From: an uncultured Candidatus Saccharibacteria bacterium | Lineage (GTDB): Bacteria; Patescibacteriota; Minisyncoccia; 2-02-FULL-40-12; GWA2-44-9 | Direction of reading: 5' to 3' | DNA length: 64,000 nucleotides | Assembly: GCA_964491455.1 (NCBI GenBank) | Contig: CAZBFM010000001.1 | Span: 215,229-279,228, forward strand | Part shown: positions 35,913 through 46,571 of the stretch, piece after piece | How positions within the stretch are numbered: the stretch's first letter is position 1 | How the letters are laid out: every line of letters starts with the position of its first letter | The notes under the pieces: generated by a model | The model's database searches: none | Told to the model about the DNA's origin: nothing | The model's input: the letters and a program-made list of their open reading frames with translations, nothing else | Program-made: the position numbers and the translations under genes

Positions 35913-36914
35913 ATGAAGATTGTGTTTTTCGAAATAATGCCCGGCGAGAAAGACTCGCTTGTATCGTTACTCCCCCACGACCATACGTATGAATTTCACG
36001 AAGAGGCACTCAGTGAATCCACGGCACACCTCGCTGCGGGAGCTCACATAGTATCTGTCTTTGTAAAATCTCTCGTCGACGCATCGGTTCTGTCGCGACT
36101 CTCTACGGTCAAGCTTATTACCACGCGCTCGATGGGAGTTGATCATATTGATATCGCCGCGGCAAACGCTCGGGGTGTTCACGTACGCAATGTAACCACC
36201 TATGCATCGCACCCGGTGGCAGAATTCACCTTTGCGCTCCTGCTCGCAGTAACGCGTCGCCTATACCATGCATATAATCAACTCCGCGACGGATCTAATT
36301 TTGATATTCGGGGGTTAAAAGGCTATACGCTTTTTGGTAAAAAGATTGGCGTTCTAGGAACGGGCCGCATCGGCAAAAATGTCATCTCGATTGCTCGGGG
36401 GTTTGGCATGGACGTGCTCGCATTTGACGAACACCCCGATCTCTCGTTGGAGCACGATGGTGCAATTCATTACGCTCCATTGGCTGACGTGGTCGCCATG
36501 AGCGATATCCTCACACTTCACGTACCATACACGCCGACGACGCATCACCTTATCAACAAGGAGACATTTGCAATTATGAAACGAGGTGTGATCCTCGTTA
36601 ATACCTCTCGCGGTGAAGTGATCGATACCCACGCCCTTGTCGCCGCTCTGCGAGACGGCACGGTTTGGGGAGCTGGACTCGATGTGCTTGAAGGAGAGCG
36701 ACAATTGCATGACGAGGCCACAGCGGTCGGACCTGACGCACAGAACATTGACTACTCCCTCTTGGCGGCTAATCACGTGCTCATCGATATGCCCAATGTC
36801 ATCGTCACTCCGCATATCGCTTTTGAAACCGTCGAAGCAGTTCGCGAGATTGATCGCGCTACCGCTGAATCCATTACCAACTTTATCGATCACAAAGAAC
36901 AAACATATCTATGA
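35913..36914 (+). CDS. D-isomer-specific 2-hydroxyacid dehydrogenase (D-lactate dehydrogenase-like)
   Basis: NAD-binding GVLGTGRIG, catalytic R/E/H arrangement typical of D-2-hydroxyacid dehydrogenases; start at MKIVFFEI. Confidence 0.85.
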   Translation: MKIVFFEIMPGEKDSLVSLLPHDHTYEFHEEALSESTAHLAAGAHIVSVFVKSLVDASVLSRLSTVKLITTRSMGVDHIDIAAANARGVHVRNVTTYASHPVAEFTFALLLAVTRRLYHAYNQLRDGSNFDIRGLKGYTLFGKKIGVLGTGRIGKNVISIARGFGMDVLAFDEHPDLSLEHDGAIHYAPLADVVAMSDILTLHVPYTPTTHHLINKETFAIMKRGVILVNTSRGEVIDTHALVAALRDGTVWGAGLDVLEGERQLHDEATAVGPDAQNIDYSLLAANHVLIDMPNVIVTPHIAFETVEAVREIDRATAESITNFIDHKEQTYL

Positions 36915-38182
36915 CCCATCGTATTCGCAACTATGAAGTTCACGCTCGAACACCATCACGACGCGACGCTATGGATATTATTGAGGCTGGCCTTGCGGCC
37001 ATCGATACACAAGCAATCATGCATGAAAAAGTACGCCTGGACGGCGAAATACTTACCGTTGCGCACCAATCGTACAATCTAGCCGATTACGAACACATTC
37101 ATGTTATTGGCTTTGGAAAGGCTTCCTGCCAAGCATCATCAGCCCTCGAACAAATTCTGGGAAATCGCATCGCCTCAGGGATCGCGCTGACGAATAAACG
37201 CAGCGCAAGTGCAGTGTGCTCTACGGTGAAGATTTGCGAATCGACACACCCATTACCCACCGACAAAAATGTTGCCAATACTCAATCGTTAGTTGATGAG
37301 TGCGGAACGATTTCCGCCAATGACCTGGTGATTGTTCTCGTGTCGGGTGGAGGCTCCGCAATGCTCTGTTGGCCTGCGAGTGAGTGCGAGCAAGGTGTAC
37401 GCCTCTATCACGCCGCCAACAAAAAGGGGCTCACCATCCAGCAGCTCAATATCATTCGAAAGCACATTTCCGCACTCAAGGGTGGTGGACTTGCTAAGAT
37501 GCTGTACCCCGCAAAAGTGATTGGTATCGTTTTCTCGGACGTTCCTGGAGATGCACCTGACATGGTGGCATCGGGCCCCACCTATCCTGATGCAAGCACC
37601 GTGGCTGAAGCGCAATCGATTATTGATACTTTTGAATTGGGATCATTTGATCTTCTCGAAACACCGAAAGAGCCGAAGTGGTTTGAGAACGTGGATAATT
37701 TTGTCTTGGTCTCCAATGAAGCGTCGTTGCAAGCTATGGCAAAGACAGCCCAACATCTTGGGTATGGCTCGGAAATCATTGCATCCGATATGTACGACGA
37801 GCCCGAGGTCATCGCTCAACGATTCCTAAGCAGATCAGCTCCCCATACTGTTATTCTTGGCGGAGGCGAGTCTCGGCTCACCATTACAACGCCGGGAGGA
37901 GATGGTGGCCGCAATCAGCACGTGGCCCTCACTGCTGCCACGCACATCACCGGAGATCAACTATTTGCGTCAATTGCATCTGATGGTTTGGACAACGGCG
38001 AAAGCGCTGGCGCTCTTGTTGATGCGACGACCGTTGTGCGTGCGCGTGCTGCTGGCATCGACACCGCGAGCACGCTGCAAGCGTTCAATGAGCATCCTCT
38101 TCTTACCGCTACCGACGACTTAGTCGTCACAGGCCCGACAGGTGCGAACGTGAGCGACCTTATGTTCTTATTAATACCGTAG
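36911..38182 (+). CDS. Glycerate kinase, MOFRL family (glycerate 2-kinase/hydroxypyruvate reductase-like)
   Basis: 423 aa; DUF4147-like N-terminus and MOFRL C-terminus (VILGGGESRLTITTPGGDGGRNQH). Confidence 0.75.
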   Translation: MTHRIRNYEVHARTPSRRDAMDIIEAGLAAIDTQAIMHEKVRLDGEILTVAHQSYNLADYEHIHVIGFGKASCQASSALEQILGNRIASGIALTNKRSASAVCSTVKICESTHPLPTDKNVANTQSLVDECGTISANDLVIVLVSGGGSAMLCWPASECEQGVRLYHAANKKGLTIQQLNIIRKHISALKGGGLAKMLYPAKVIGIVFSDVPGDAPDMVASGPTYPDASTVAEAQSIIDTFELGSFDLLETPKEPKWFENVDNFVLVSNEASLQAMAKTAQHLGYGSEIIASDMYDEPEVIAQRFLSRSAPHTVILGGGESRLTITTPGGDGGRNQHVALTAATHITGDQLFASIASDGLDNGESAGALVDATTVVRARAAGIDTASTLQAFNEHPLLTATDDLVVTGPTGANVSDLMFLLIP

Positions 38183-38203
38183 CAATTATAATCATCTACA
38201 ACC

Positions 38204-39238
38204 ATGGAACGACGCCACATTGAACCACTCTTCTTCACCGCAATACTCATCGGCACCCTTGCAATTGTATTCATGCTCTTTCGACCGTTTCTCTACATTC
38301 TCGCGCTCGCAGGCATTTTGGCGTACCTGACGTCCAGCATCTATGGCATAGTACTCAGAAAACTACGCTCACCCTCACTGACCGCGCTCTTCATGACTCT
38401 CTTGGTACTCCTTACGCTTCTGGTGCCATTCACCCTGGTGGGACTTCGTATCACGTACGAAGCATCGGGAATGTACTCTTACATCAGCGACGCAACAACG
38501 CAGACAAGCATCACTGAAAGTCTCACGCAGCTTCAATCCGCGCTTGATCGCTACTTCCCCGGAGTACAGATTGATTCAGCGAGCATCACACAGCGGCTGG
38601 GATCTGTATTTGCGTGGCTGGTGAGCAATCTCGGCACCGCTTTAGGAAGCTTCGCTTCGCTGGTGCTCAACTTCCTCCTCTTATTGCTCTTCTACTTCTA
38701 TCTGGTGCGTGATGGCGAATCAATGTACGAGCGCCTCAAGACAATTTCTCCGATGGCCAGTAGCCAAGAAGACAAAATTGCGGCACGCATCGGAAAGGCA
38801 ATATCCTCAACCGTTCGAGGTTCGTTTGTCATGGCACTCCTACAGGGACTCGTGTCGGGAATAGGGTTTATGCTCTTCGGTATTCCAAATCCAGCTCTCT
38901 GGGGTTCGATTGTCGTGTTAGCTGCGTTCATCCCAACCGTTGGCACGTCGCTTATTCAGGTACCAGCAGTGCTCTTTCTGGCACTATCCGGTCACACGAC
39001 TGCTGCGCTCGGTGCGGCGCTCTGGGCGACGCTCGCGGTGGGTATGCTCGACAATTTCTTGGGCCCCAAACTTATGGCACGCGGCATGCACATGCACCCC
39101 TTGATTATGCTCTTGGGAATTTTGGGTGGTGTATCTTTTTACGGACCCATGGGAGTACTGCTGGGTCCCATCACGGTCTCGCTCTTGTACGCACTCTTGG
39201 ATATCTACGCTGAACTCACGCAAGCAAAAACAAGCTAA
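38204..39238 (+). CDS. AI-2E family transporter (PerM/UPF0118)
   Basis: 344 aa, 8 predicted TM; AI-2E family signature in the C-terminal half (FIPTVGTSLIQVPAVLF). Confidence 0.8.
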   Translation: MERRHIEPLFFTAILIGTLAIVFMLFRPFLYILALAGILAYLTSSIYGIVLRKLRSPSLTALFMTLLVLLTLLVPFTLVGLRITYEASGMYSYISDATTQTSITESLTQLQSALDRYFPGVQIDSASITQRLGSVFAWLVSNLGTALGSFASLVLNFLLLLLFYFYLVRDGESMYERLKTISPMASSQEDKIAARIGKAISSTVRGSFVMALLQGLVSGIGFMLFGIPNPALWGSIVVLAAFIPTVGTSLIQVPAVLFLALSGHTTAALGAALWATLAVGMLDNFLGPKLMARGMHMHPLIMLLGILGGVSFYGPMGVLLGPITVSLLYALLDIYAELTQAKTS

Positions 39239-39546
39239 CGCAGGAACCGTACGCCACGCACGCCAGCGAACAGCATCGCAAGCATCGCTACTTTTGCAAC
39301 CACGCCGCCATGAGTATCGAGCACCATAACCGTGAGTGGCGTTGGTGTTTGTACGGCGATGTGCGCTAGCACACTCACTGGCACGGTAAACCACAGTAGA
39401 CTTTCGCGCGTAATCCCAATATTGATTCGCGCAAACGCCCGCTGCACATAGGGCGCGACAACATACACCACGATGAGTGATGCCGCAAAATCAAACAGAC
39501 TAAAGGGTCCTAGTTTGTACTGACGAAGGAGTGAGACAACATTCAT
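39235..39546 (-). CDS. Hypothetical small membrane protein
   Basis: 103 aa; 3 hydrophobic segments. Confidence 0.4.
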   Translation of the reverse strand: MNVVSLLRQYKLGPFSLFDFAASLIVVYVVAPYVQRAFARINIGITRESLLWFTVPVSVLAHIAVQTPTPLTVMVLDTHGGVVAKVAMLAMLFAGVRGVRFLR

Positions 39547-39561
39547 ACTTCAAGTATACTC

Positions 39562-40005
39562 CTATTTTCGCTTGGCGATCTTTTTGATTACTGCATCGAT
39601 AGCTGGCACCTTCGATTGAGCATCTTTGACTGCGAGTTCGAGAAGTATTTTATCGAGCTTGCCCTGAATCTTTGAAATACTATGAATGATCTCATCGATT
39701 CTGTGGTCGGGCTTCTGTTCAACCACGCGAGTGGCCGGGATCGCTGCCGGCATAGGTTGTGGCGCTCGCCAACGAGGTGCGCTTTGGTATGGCATCGACG
39801 TTTGTGGACGTCGAACATCGCTCGTCGCGTTTACGCCTCGAAAGCAATCTCGGCAATACACCGGTCGCTGCCCGTTTGGCCGAAAAGGAACGTCGCACGC
39901 CTTGCCGCATTGCGCGCACGTTGCTTGAAAGACCTGGCCCTGTGGTCGCGCAAATCCGCCAGATCGCTTACCGCCAAACCGAGGTGTTCGTTGAAAATCG
40001 TTCAT
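39562..40005 (-). CDS. CxxC-x17-CxxC zinc-ribbon protein
   Basis: 147 aa; ATCAQCGKACDVPFRPNGQRPVYCRDCF four-Cys ribbon near N-terminus, Lys-rich C-terminal helix. Confidence 0.55.
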   Translation of the reverse strand: MNDFQRTPRFGGKRSGGFARPQGQVFQATCAQCGKACDVPFRPNGQRPVYCRDCFRGVNATSDVRRPQTSMPYQSAPRWRAPQPMPAAIPATRVVEQKPDHRIDEIIHSISKIQGKLDKILLELAVKDAQSKVPAIDAVIKKIAKRK

Positions 40006-40044
40006 GAGATATATTACGTACTACTAAGTATGCATTATTTCATG

Positions 40045-41292
40045 TTATTTGTCAATATTCCCAACGTGGTTGCCAGCAACAAACCCAGTCGTCCAACATA
40101 ACTGCAATGAGTACCCTCCTGACGGTCTGCGAATATGCAGCAAGTCCCCCGTTACATAGAGATTGCGTATTTTTTTCGATTGCATCGTACGCATGTCGAT
40201 TTCATCTAACAGCACACCTCCGTCAGCGATCACCGCCTTCTCGTACCCCATCAATCCCTGAATAGTCACTGGAAGCGCCTTTAAGAGATCCACGATACTC
40301 CTGCGCTGTTCCTTGGTAATACTGTGTACTTTTTCTTCAGGCGATAGACCCGTGAGCAACCCCGGCAACGCTGCCCCGCTGCCCAATGGCGCTATCTCAT
40401 TCCACACATTCTTGAGCAATTTGTTTTTGTTGGCGTCGAAGACGCTTACTATTCTTGTATCAAGTGCTCCGATATCCTCTGCGGGATATGCATCTATCTG
40501 AGCCGTGACCACCCCCTCGTGGAGCAAGTCGGAAACCATACCCGCTTGATTAAGAATCAACGGACCCGACATACCAACATGCGTACAGAGTATGTCACCT
40601 CGAACACTGTTCTTCTTTTCTCCGTTAAGAAAGAACGAAATGCGAGCATCACGTAGCGTGGTGCCCGCCATAGCATGCACCCAGGCATCATCAACCACGA
40701 GTGGCGCGAGCGTAGGCGTCGGAGCATGTACACGATGACCCAGCATACTGAGCCATGAAAAACCATCACCAGTGGATCCCGTTTCAGGATGTGAGAAGCC
40801 ACCCGTAGCCAACACATACGATGTCGCTGTCACGCGCTTCCCACCAGCACTGACCGCGGTTATAACACCGTCAATGATATGGATATGCTCAACCGCTCGG
40901 CCGCACCAAATGTCGACGTGATGCGTCTGTAAATACTGATCTAATACCCGCACAACATCTTCGGCATTCTCACTCTCAGGGAAGACGCGACGATGCGCTT
41001 GTTCACGAAGCGGCAGACCACGCTGTTCAAAAAAGGAAAATGTGTCACGTACGCCAAACTGAGCAAAAGAAGAATATAAAAAAGGCTTTGCATCGCCGTA
41101 ATGATCGAGTAGTCGATGCTCATCGGGCTCTCCATTGGTGATATTGCAGCGCCCACCACCAGTGATCGATAATTTACGCCCAAGGTGTGTATTTTTTTCG
41201 ATGAGGAGAACGCGAAGACCACGCTCTGCAGCGCGCCCAGCAGCCATCATGCCGGATGCTCCTCCACCAATAACGAGTACGTCGTAATCCAT
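40045..41292 (-). CDS. HI0933-family NAD(P)/FAD-dependent flavoprotein
   Basis: 415 aa; dinucleotide fold VLVIGGGASGMMAA and the TGGGRCN hallmark of HI0933/YhiN proteins. Confidence 0.8.
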   Translation of the reverse strand: MDYDVLVIGGGASGMMAAGRAAERGLRVLLIEKNTHLGRKLSITGGGRCNITNGEPDEHRLLDHYGDAKPFLYSSFAQFGVRDTFSFFEQRGLPLREQAHRRVFPESENAEDVVRVLDQYLQTHHVDIWCGRAVEHIHIIDGVITAVSAGGKRVTATSYVLATGGFSHPETGSTGDGFSWLSMLGHRVHAPTPTLAPLVVDDAWVHAMAGTTLRDARISFFLNGEKKNSVRGDILCTHVGMSGPLILNQAGMVSDLLHEGVVTAQIDAYPAEDIGALDTRIVSVFDANKNKLLKNVWNEIAPLGSGAALPGLLTGLSPEEKVHSITKEQRRSIVDLLKALPVTIQGLMGYEKAVIADGGVLLDEIDMRTMQSKKIRNLYVTGDLLHIRRPSGGYSLQLCWTTGFVAGNHVGNIDK

Positions 41293-41353
41293 GTGTTATG
41301 TTGTATGCCAAGAGGCGGCTTTCACCGCCCCTTGGCTGCCGACGGCGCAATCG

Positions 41354-41566
41354 TTACGCCTTTTTGACGTTGACTGCGTTCATGCCGCGACCCTTGGAAT
41401 CTTCCTGGGTGTCGAAGGTAACATTGTCGCCTTCATTGAGACCATCGAATCCTGCTGGGTCGGTAACCTCATTTCGGTGAAAGAAGAAATCCTTATCCTT
41501 GCCTGGCATCGAAATGAAGCCGAAATCCTTACCCTCCATCTTCTTCTTGATAACGCCTGTGTTCAT
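41354..41566 (-). CDS. Cold-shock domain protein (CspA family)
   Basis: 70 aa; RNP1-like GKDFGFI and FFHRNEV motifs. Confidence 0.8.
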   Translation of the reverse strand: MNTGVIKKKMEGKDFGFISMPGKDKDFFFHRNEVTDPAGFDGLNEGDNVTFDTQEDSKGRGMNAVNVKKA

Positions 41567-41684
41567 GTTGTGGTTGTATTAGTTTACCGCGCTATTACAC
41601 AGGGTGAAGCTCGACGAGTCTTCATAGGTGCAATCTTTCTAGTGAGTATCGTACAGCTATTTCAGCTATCTGTATACACCACCA

Positions 41685-43133
41685 CTACGAGAGTTCGAGC
41701 ACCTCATCAATGCGAATTTGTTCGACAAATTCCGGCACGTGACTCACGAGAATCATCGCTCCCCGATATTCGTTGAGCGCCGCAGCAATCACTGGAAGAT
41801 GGCGAAAGTTTATGTGATTTGTTGGCTCATCGAGGATGAGTAGTCCGGGACGCTGCAACACCAGTCGGGCAAATGCAACTAATCCCTTTTGTCCCTCCGA
41901 CAGGCTGCCGATTTTTGTACCAAATGAATCTTTTTCAATGAGGAAACTAGCCGCAATCGAACGCAACTGCTGCTCGTCGTGCTCAGGAGCAGCCGACTTC
42001 AACGATGCATATACCGTATCATCGAAGTCTAATGTAGAAAAATCCTGCCGATAGTACCCAATCGTGACCCCTGGCGTTACCTTCGCCCCGGGCGCTGTTT
42101 GAGTTGCCAATGATTCTAGGAGTGTACTCTTACCAATACCGTTGGGGCCAGCAAGGAGCAGGTGTCGATTCTTTTGAAGAATGATCTTTACCGCTTGCTG
42201 TCGAGGCGTGTGATTCCGAATAACTTGCACTGAGGTGAGTCGGAGTACGTCGCCAATAATCCCCTCCTGCGCCGGGATCGTGAAGGATCGGATCGTCTTA
42301 TCTTCTTTACGTACATCCACCTGTTCACTCTCCATCTCTTCCGCATCTTCACGCATACGCTTTGCCAGCAAACGCAGTCGGCCACCTTTCATCGCAAAGA
42401 AGTTGGCTTTCTCCTTTTTCTCGATGGCCTCCTTGGCTAGACGTGCGTTTTTACTATTTTCCTTTTCGATACGAGCAGCGATCTGATCTACTACATCAAA
42501 ATAGTTTCCCTGATACTGCTCAATCGCTCGCGTGCGCTGATCCAAGTAGAGCACGCCCTGTGTGAAGGCATTCAAAAAGTCCGCATCGTGCGATATCACG
42601 ATACACGTCTTGCGATATCCAATGAGAAACGTGCGCAGATGCGCAATACCTTCTGCGTCGAGATTATTGGTTGGCTCATCAAGAAGCACCACATCAGCAT
42701 CCTGAATAAGTGCAGACGCCAAAAGTAGTCTCGCCTGCTGCCCACCCGAGAACGAGCGAACGATTCTATCGTGCGGCGCATGGAGATTGACCACCTCAAG
42801 CACGGCGTCGATGCGAGGATCAATGTCGTATACCTTTTGTGTAAAACACGCCTCAAAGAATTCGCGCACCGTCAGGTCCAACTGCGTGCGAGGAATGACC
42901 TGACGCGCAATAGCGATACGAAGATTCGCCGCTCGATGTATCTGCCCCGACTCAGGCGCTAGATCGCCAGTGATGAGTTGGAACAAGGTGCTCTTGCCTG
43001 CACCATTTTGACCCATGATCGTGAGCTTCGCGCCGCGTCGTATCGAAAAGCTCACCTCCGTTAGGATGGGCTTGGCGTGTCCAAACTCAAACGACACATC
43101 TTCAAAGCGAATGATAGATTCTCCGGGTGCCAT
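41685..43133 (-). CDS. ABC-F family ATPase (two tandem ABC domains, no TM; short form)
   Basis: 482 aa; two Walker A (GQNGAGKST, GPNGIGKST), two LSGG signature motifs (FSGGQQ, LSEGQK), linker between. Confidence 0.8.
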   Translation of the reverse strand: MAPGESIIRFEDVSFEFGHAKPILTEVSFSIRRGAKLTIMGQNGAGKSTLFQLITGDLAPESGQIHRAANLRIAIARQVIPRTQLDLTVREFFEACFTQKVYDIDPRIDAVLEVVNLHAPHDRIVRSFSGGQQARLLLASALIQDADVVLLDEPTNNLDAEGIAHLRTFLIGYRKTCIVISHDADFLNAFTQGVLYLDQRTRAIEQYQGNYFDVVDQIAARIEKENSKNARLAKEAIEKKEKANFFAMKGGRLRLLAKRMREDAEEMESEQVDVRKEDKTIRSFTIPAQEGIIGDVLRLTSVQVIRNHTPRQQAVKIILQKNRHLLLAGPNGIGKSTLLESLATQTAPGAKVTPGVTIGYYRQDFSTLDFDDTVYASLKSAAPEHDEQQLRSIAASFLIEKDSFGTKIGSLSEGQKGLVAFARLVLQRPGLLILDEPTNHINFRHLPVIAAALNEYRGAMILVSHVPEFVEQIRIDEVLELS

Positions 43134-43186
43134 CGTGCAATCAAAAAGAGAGTAACTATAGCACGAATTTTGTATCTCGTACAGAT

Positions 43187-43765
43187 TTACTGCAGCGCCG
43201 CGTCAAACACACCAAGGAGCTCACGGATACCCTTCTCGTGCGTCGTTGAGCACGCAACTACCGTCGCCCCTTGAGCGCTGGCAGTGATGACAGTGAGCTG
43301 GTGCGAGAGATCTTTCTGGTTGAGCTTATCGATCTTATTTGCCGCTATCACAAACGGCTGCTGCTGATCTCGCAGCACCTGCATCATCTCCTGATCAAAC
43401 TCCGTGCACCCCACGCGAGCATCAAGGACAATCACCACCAAACTCGGATGCGCTCCCGATTCCATCACGTACCAGAGCATGCGCTTGCGAATTTTTTCGC
43501 GCTCGACGGGTGCCAGCTGCGCATAGCCATATCCCGGAAGGTCCACAAAATAGAACGTCGAATTAATCAAAAAGAAATTGATCTCGGTGGTCTTGCCGGG
43601 CTTCTTTCCCACCTTCACCAAATCATCTTGCCCCGTGAGAGCGTTGATGAGACTTGATTTGCCCACATTTGATCGCCCCACAAAAGCGATCTGGCGCTTG
43701 CCATCGTAGATGATGTCGTCGGTACCGATAATACCGCGGGCAAATGTAGCCGATGTTATGTTCAT
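43187..43765 (-). CDS. engB: Ribosome biogenesis GTPase YihA/YsxC (EngB)
   Basis: 192 aa; G1 GRSNVGKSS, G3 DLPGYG, G4 NKID. Confidence 0.85.
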   Translation of the reverse strand: MNITSATFARGIIGTDDIIYDGKRQIAFVGRSNVGKSSLINALTGQDDLVKVGKKPGKTTEINFFLINSTFYFVDLPGYGYAQLAPVEREKIRKRMLWYVMESGAHPSLVVIVLDARVGCTEFDQEMMQVLRDQQQPFVIAANKIDKLNQKDLSHQLTVITASAQGATVVACSTTHEKGIRELLGVFDAALQ

Positions 43766-44853
43766 GCGTGTTTTATAAATGCTTGATATCTCTCGACGAC
43801 ACTCGGGATACCGCGCTCAACGCTACTCGATAGCTGCTCAAACGGAGTTACGATGATGGGCTTGTCTGATTTCTTGACCGCCTTCTTCCACGTACCCACG
43901 AGATGGCCGTGATCAACCACAACAGCACCCAACATACCATTTGCTCCCGGATTGACCAACGGAGCATGCGCAAGATCCATACAATCGGATCGATCTTTAT
44001 ATCCCACGACGTATTCATCAAATGGCGGGAGTAGTAGCGTCGAGGGCATGGGGCCCACCGATGGCATGGGGCAGTGATAGAATACGCGCTCCTTGTGGGT
44101 AAACGATTCTAGCTCGCTGGACGCCAACGTGATTGCGCGTCGCGCATCGCCCAAGCTCAGCCCCGCCCACCACGATAAATCCTGCGCCTGTGCAGGCCCG
44201 TGACCGCGTAGATAGCGCATTGCAATGTCATGGAGCCCTTCGTCGCGCGTTTTGGTAGGTGCACTGGGGATCCACGCATCAAAGGCAGCATACGTTGGCT
44301 GGCTGCCTCTCCGTGGACCTCCACAAATGACCTGCTCGAGCGCCATGCGACCAATAATATGCAGCCCCAAGCTATTGGCAGTTGCAATGCCGCCTCGCTC
44401 CAAAACAGCATAGAGCTCCTCGCGTGTGCGCAAACCTCCGGACTGAAATTCTTTTTCAAATAGTTTGCGTGCCTTTGCGTAGACATCCTGCGTGATGCCG
44501 TGGTAACGCATACGATAGCCGTACGCTGAAAGCACCCGTGGCGTAAGCAACGTCAGCATCCAACGCGCGTCGGTTGCTGCGATGATATGGAGTGTGCCTC
44601 GCATCGGCCACGTGCGCACGATCTGTCCGCGCTCAAACGCATCCGCCACATCATCAACGTGCCCCTTGGGAAGACGCGCACCGATGGCCCACATTGACCC
44701 CGCATAGTCTTGCGCTTGCATGGCGCCCATCCACGTCACGACATCCAAACAGGTCGTCAACGTGTGGCTCGATAAGAGCTGGCTGGTGAGGCGCAGTTGT
44801 GTGATGTCATGCTTAGACATGTGCCTCCATGTCGCGAAGCACCTCCTGCGCAT
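43762..44853 (-). CDS. Winged-helix DNA-binding protein of the YcaQ/AlkZ-like family (putative DNA glycosylase)
   Basis: 363 aa; family assignment from overall length/sequence pattern only. Confidence 0.5.
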   Translation of the reverse strand: MRRRCFATWRHMSKHDITQLRLTSQLLSSHTLTTCLDVVTWMGAMQAQDYAGSMWAIGARLPKGHVDDVADAFERGQIVRTWPMRGTLHIIAATDARWMLTLLTPRVLSAYGYRMRYHGITQDVYAKARKLFEKEFQSGGLRTREELYAVLERGGIATANSLGLHIIGRMALEQVICGGPRRGSQPTYAAFDAWIPSAPTKTRDEGLHDIAMRYLRGHGPAQAQDLSWWAGLSLGDARRAITLASSELESFTHKERVFYHCPMPSVGPMPSTLLLPPFDEYVVGYKDRSDCMDLAHAPLVNPGANGMLGAVVVDHGHLVGTWKKAVKKSDKPIIVTPFEQLSSSVERGIPSVVERYQAFIKHA

Positions 44854-45286
44854 GGAGGGTAGGCTTCACACCTTCGTAGATCTTTGCGATGACACCAGCA
44901 GGATCGATGAGAAACGATGTGCGTTGCACCCCCAAGAACTCACGTCCCATAAATTTCTTGGGTGCCCAGACGCCATATGCCCGTACGACTTCTTTCTCGG
45001 TGTCAGCGAGTAGATTGAATGGCAGTGTATACCTTTCTGCGAATTTCTTATGCGATCCAACTGAATCGGTGCTAATCCCCAACACCGTCACCTTGCTCTT
45101 TGAAAAATCGGGAAACGAGTCGCGAATACCACACGCCTGCTGGGTACAGCCGGGCGTGTTGTCGCGGGGATAAAAATAAATGAGCACCCACGATCCACGA
45201 TACGATGAGAGTCGGCACTCAACGCCATCTTGATTGGGAAGCGCAAAATCCGGAGCTTGCTGTCCTACAGTAAGTAAAGAAGTCAT
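44813..45286 (-). CDS. bcp: Thiol peroxidase Bcp (peroxiredoxin Q)
   Basis: 157 aa; peroxidatic-Cys motif TPGCT and downstream resolving Cys. Confidence 0.85.
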   Translation of the reverse strand: MTSLLTVGQQAPDFALPNQDGVECRLSSYRGSWVLIYFYPRDNTPGCTQQACGIRDSFPDFSKSKVTVLGISTDSVGSHKKFAERYTLPFNLLADTEKEVVRAYGVWAPKKFMGREFLGVQRTSFLIDPAGVIAKIYEGVKPTLHAQEVLRDMEAHV

Positions 45287-45299
45287 AGCGGGTATCCTA

Positions 45300-45848
45300 T
45301 CATGATTTGCTCATGTACCGAACTACAATGCGCTCGCATAGCACTATCACAAGGATCACCGAACAGGCGACAGCGATCACCACGATGGGATGTGAAGGGT
45401 AATTGATCTCGTGGCTCACATGACTATGGAGCCAACCGATGATGATGGCGCCCCACCAACCTACTTGGGACACCATCGTGGTAAGTGCGATACGCACCTG
45501 AAGACGCAGCGGCACATCATTGCCCCGCACTCGCGAGAGCGCGCCCTTGAGCATGTGCAGAGCAATGCCATTGAGTCCCAGTGCAGCGACGAGCGCAATC
45601 TTGATCATCGTCAGCTCGTCGACGTATCCCTTTTGCAACAAGAGAGCTGTGCCAGATACCACCGAACCCGTCCAACCGAGCCAGATCAATTTTTGTGTCA
45701 CCTCTGCGACGCGCATCACAAATGCGAGCTCAGCGCGCCGCACCAGCCAGAGTAGACCAAACGTATCAACGACAAGCACGGCACCCATACCGACCACCAT
45801 GGAAATGATATGGACTACGAGTAATTGTGCGTACAGTGGCACGATCAT
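45300..45848 (-). CDS. Hypothetical polytopic membrane protein
   Basis: 182 aa; 5-6 hydrophobic helices. Confidence 0.4.
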   Translation of the reverse strand: MIVPLYAQLLVVHIISMVVGMGAVLVVDTFGLLWLVRRAELAFVMRVAEVTQKLIWLGWTGSVVSGTALLLQKGYVDELTMIKIALVAALGLNGIALHMLKGALSRVRGNDVPLRLQVRIALTTMVSQVGWWGAIIIGWLHSHVSHEINYPSHPIVVIAVACSVILVIVLCERIVVRYMSKS

Positions 45849-45859
45849 AGAAATAACAG

Positions 45860-46111
45860 TTATTGACGGAGCGCGCCTGCAAATGTTTGCGCCATGACCT
45901 TTTGAAGCTTTTCACGTGCCTCACGCATGAGCGCGAGCACGACCGATGATTGCGTTGCGACGTCGAGTGATTCGCTCAGCTGAAGACTTGTCACTTCAAA
46001 ATCCCCTCGCATCGTCAGCGACACGCCCTGACGATCAACCGATACCGTGTGGCTCTTGATCTGCTCCTGCATCTTCTTCATCTCCATCAACTGCTTGATT
46101 TGGTCGAACAT
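45860..46111 (-). CDS. ybaB: Nucleoid-associated protein YbaB/EbfC
   Basis: 83 aa; MFDQ...MKKMQEQ N-terminus typical of the family. Confidence 0.8.
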   Translation of the reverse strand: MFDQIKQLMEMKKMQEQIKSHTVSVDRQGVSLTMRGDFEVTSLQLSESLDVATQSSVVLALMREAREKLQKVMAQTFAGALRQ

Positions 46112-46118
46112 ATGCGAA

Positions 46119-46571
46119 TTAGGATGTTATTTTTACTGCCAACTCCGACAGTTTCGTATCGTCTGCACGAGCTGAGTCATGCGATGAGAGGTATCCCTCG
46201 TAGGCAGTGAAGTACGTTGAGACATTGGAATGATGCGGCTTCCAATCGGGTGATTTTGTACCGTGCATCGGCACGAGCTTTGCATGCACGTGATCGACAC
46301 CGAACCCCTCAAATATCATCCCCGTGCGTCCGACGTCATCAAGCTTCGCGTCGAGCAGAGTTCCCACCTTCTTGGCGGCTAGCACCAAATCCGCGAGCAC
46401 AGCATCAGGCAGCGCAAATGCGTAGCTCGGATAGTGCTCTTTTGGTATGACCACCGTAAATCCCTCCGTATTCGGAAAGATAGACAAGAACGCCAGATGC
46501 TTCTCATCCTGCCAGATGATGTGCGCTGACGACTCGCCGTAGACAATGCTGCAGAAAATACAATCAGCCAT
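46119..46571 (-). CDS. HIT-family hydrolase
   Basis: 150 aa; histidine triad HVHAKL. Confidence 0.8.
   Translation of the reverse strand: MADCIFCSIVYGESSAHIIWQDEKHLAFLSIFPNTEGFTVVIPKEHYPSYAFALPDAVLADLVLAAKKVGTLLDAKLDDVGRTGMIFEGFGVDHVHAKLVPMHGTKSPDWKPHHSNVSTYFTAYEGYLSSHDSARADDTKLSELAVKITS

Noticed and set aside
36354-36902. 182-aa minus-strand ORF opposite the D-2-hydroxyacid dehydrogenase gene
   Set aside because: Antisense to a CDS with clear NAD-binding and catalytic motifs on the + strand.
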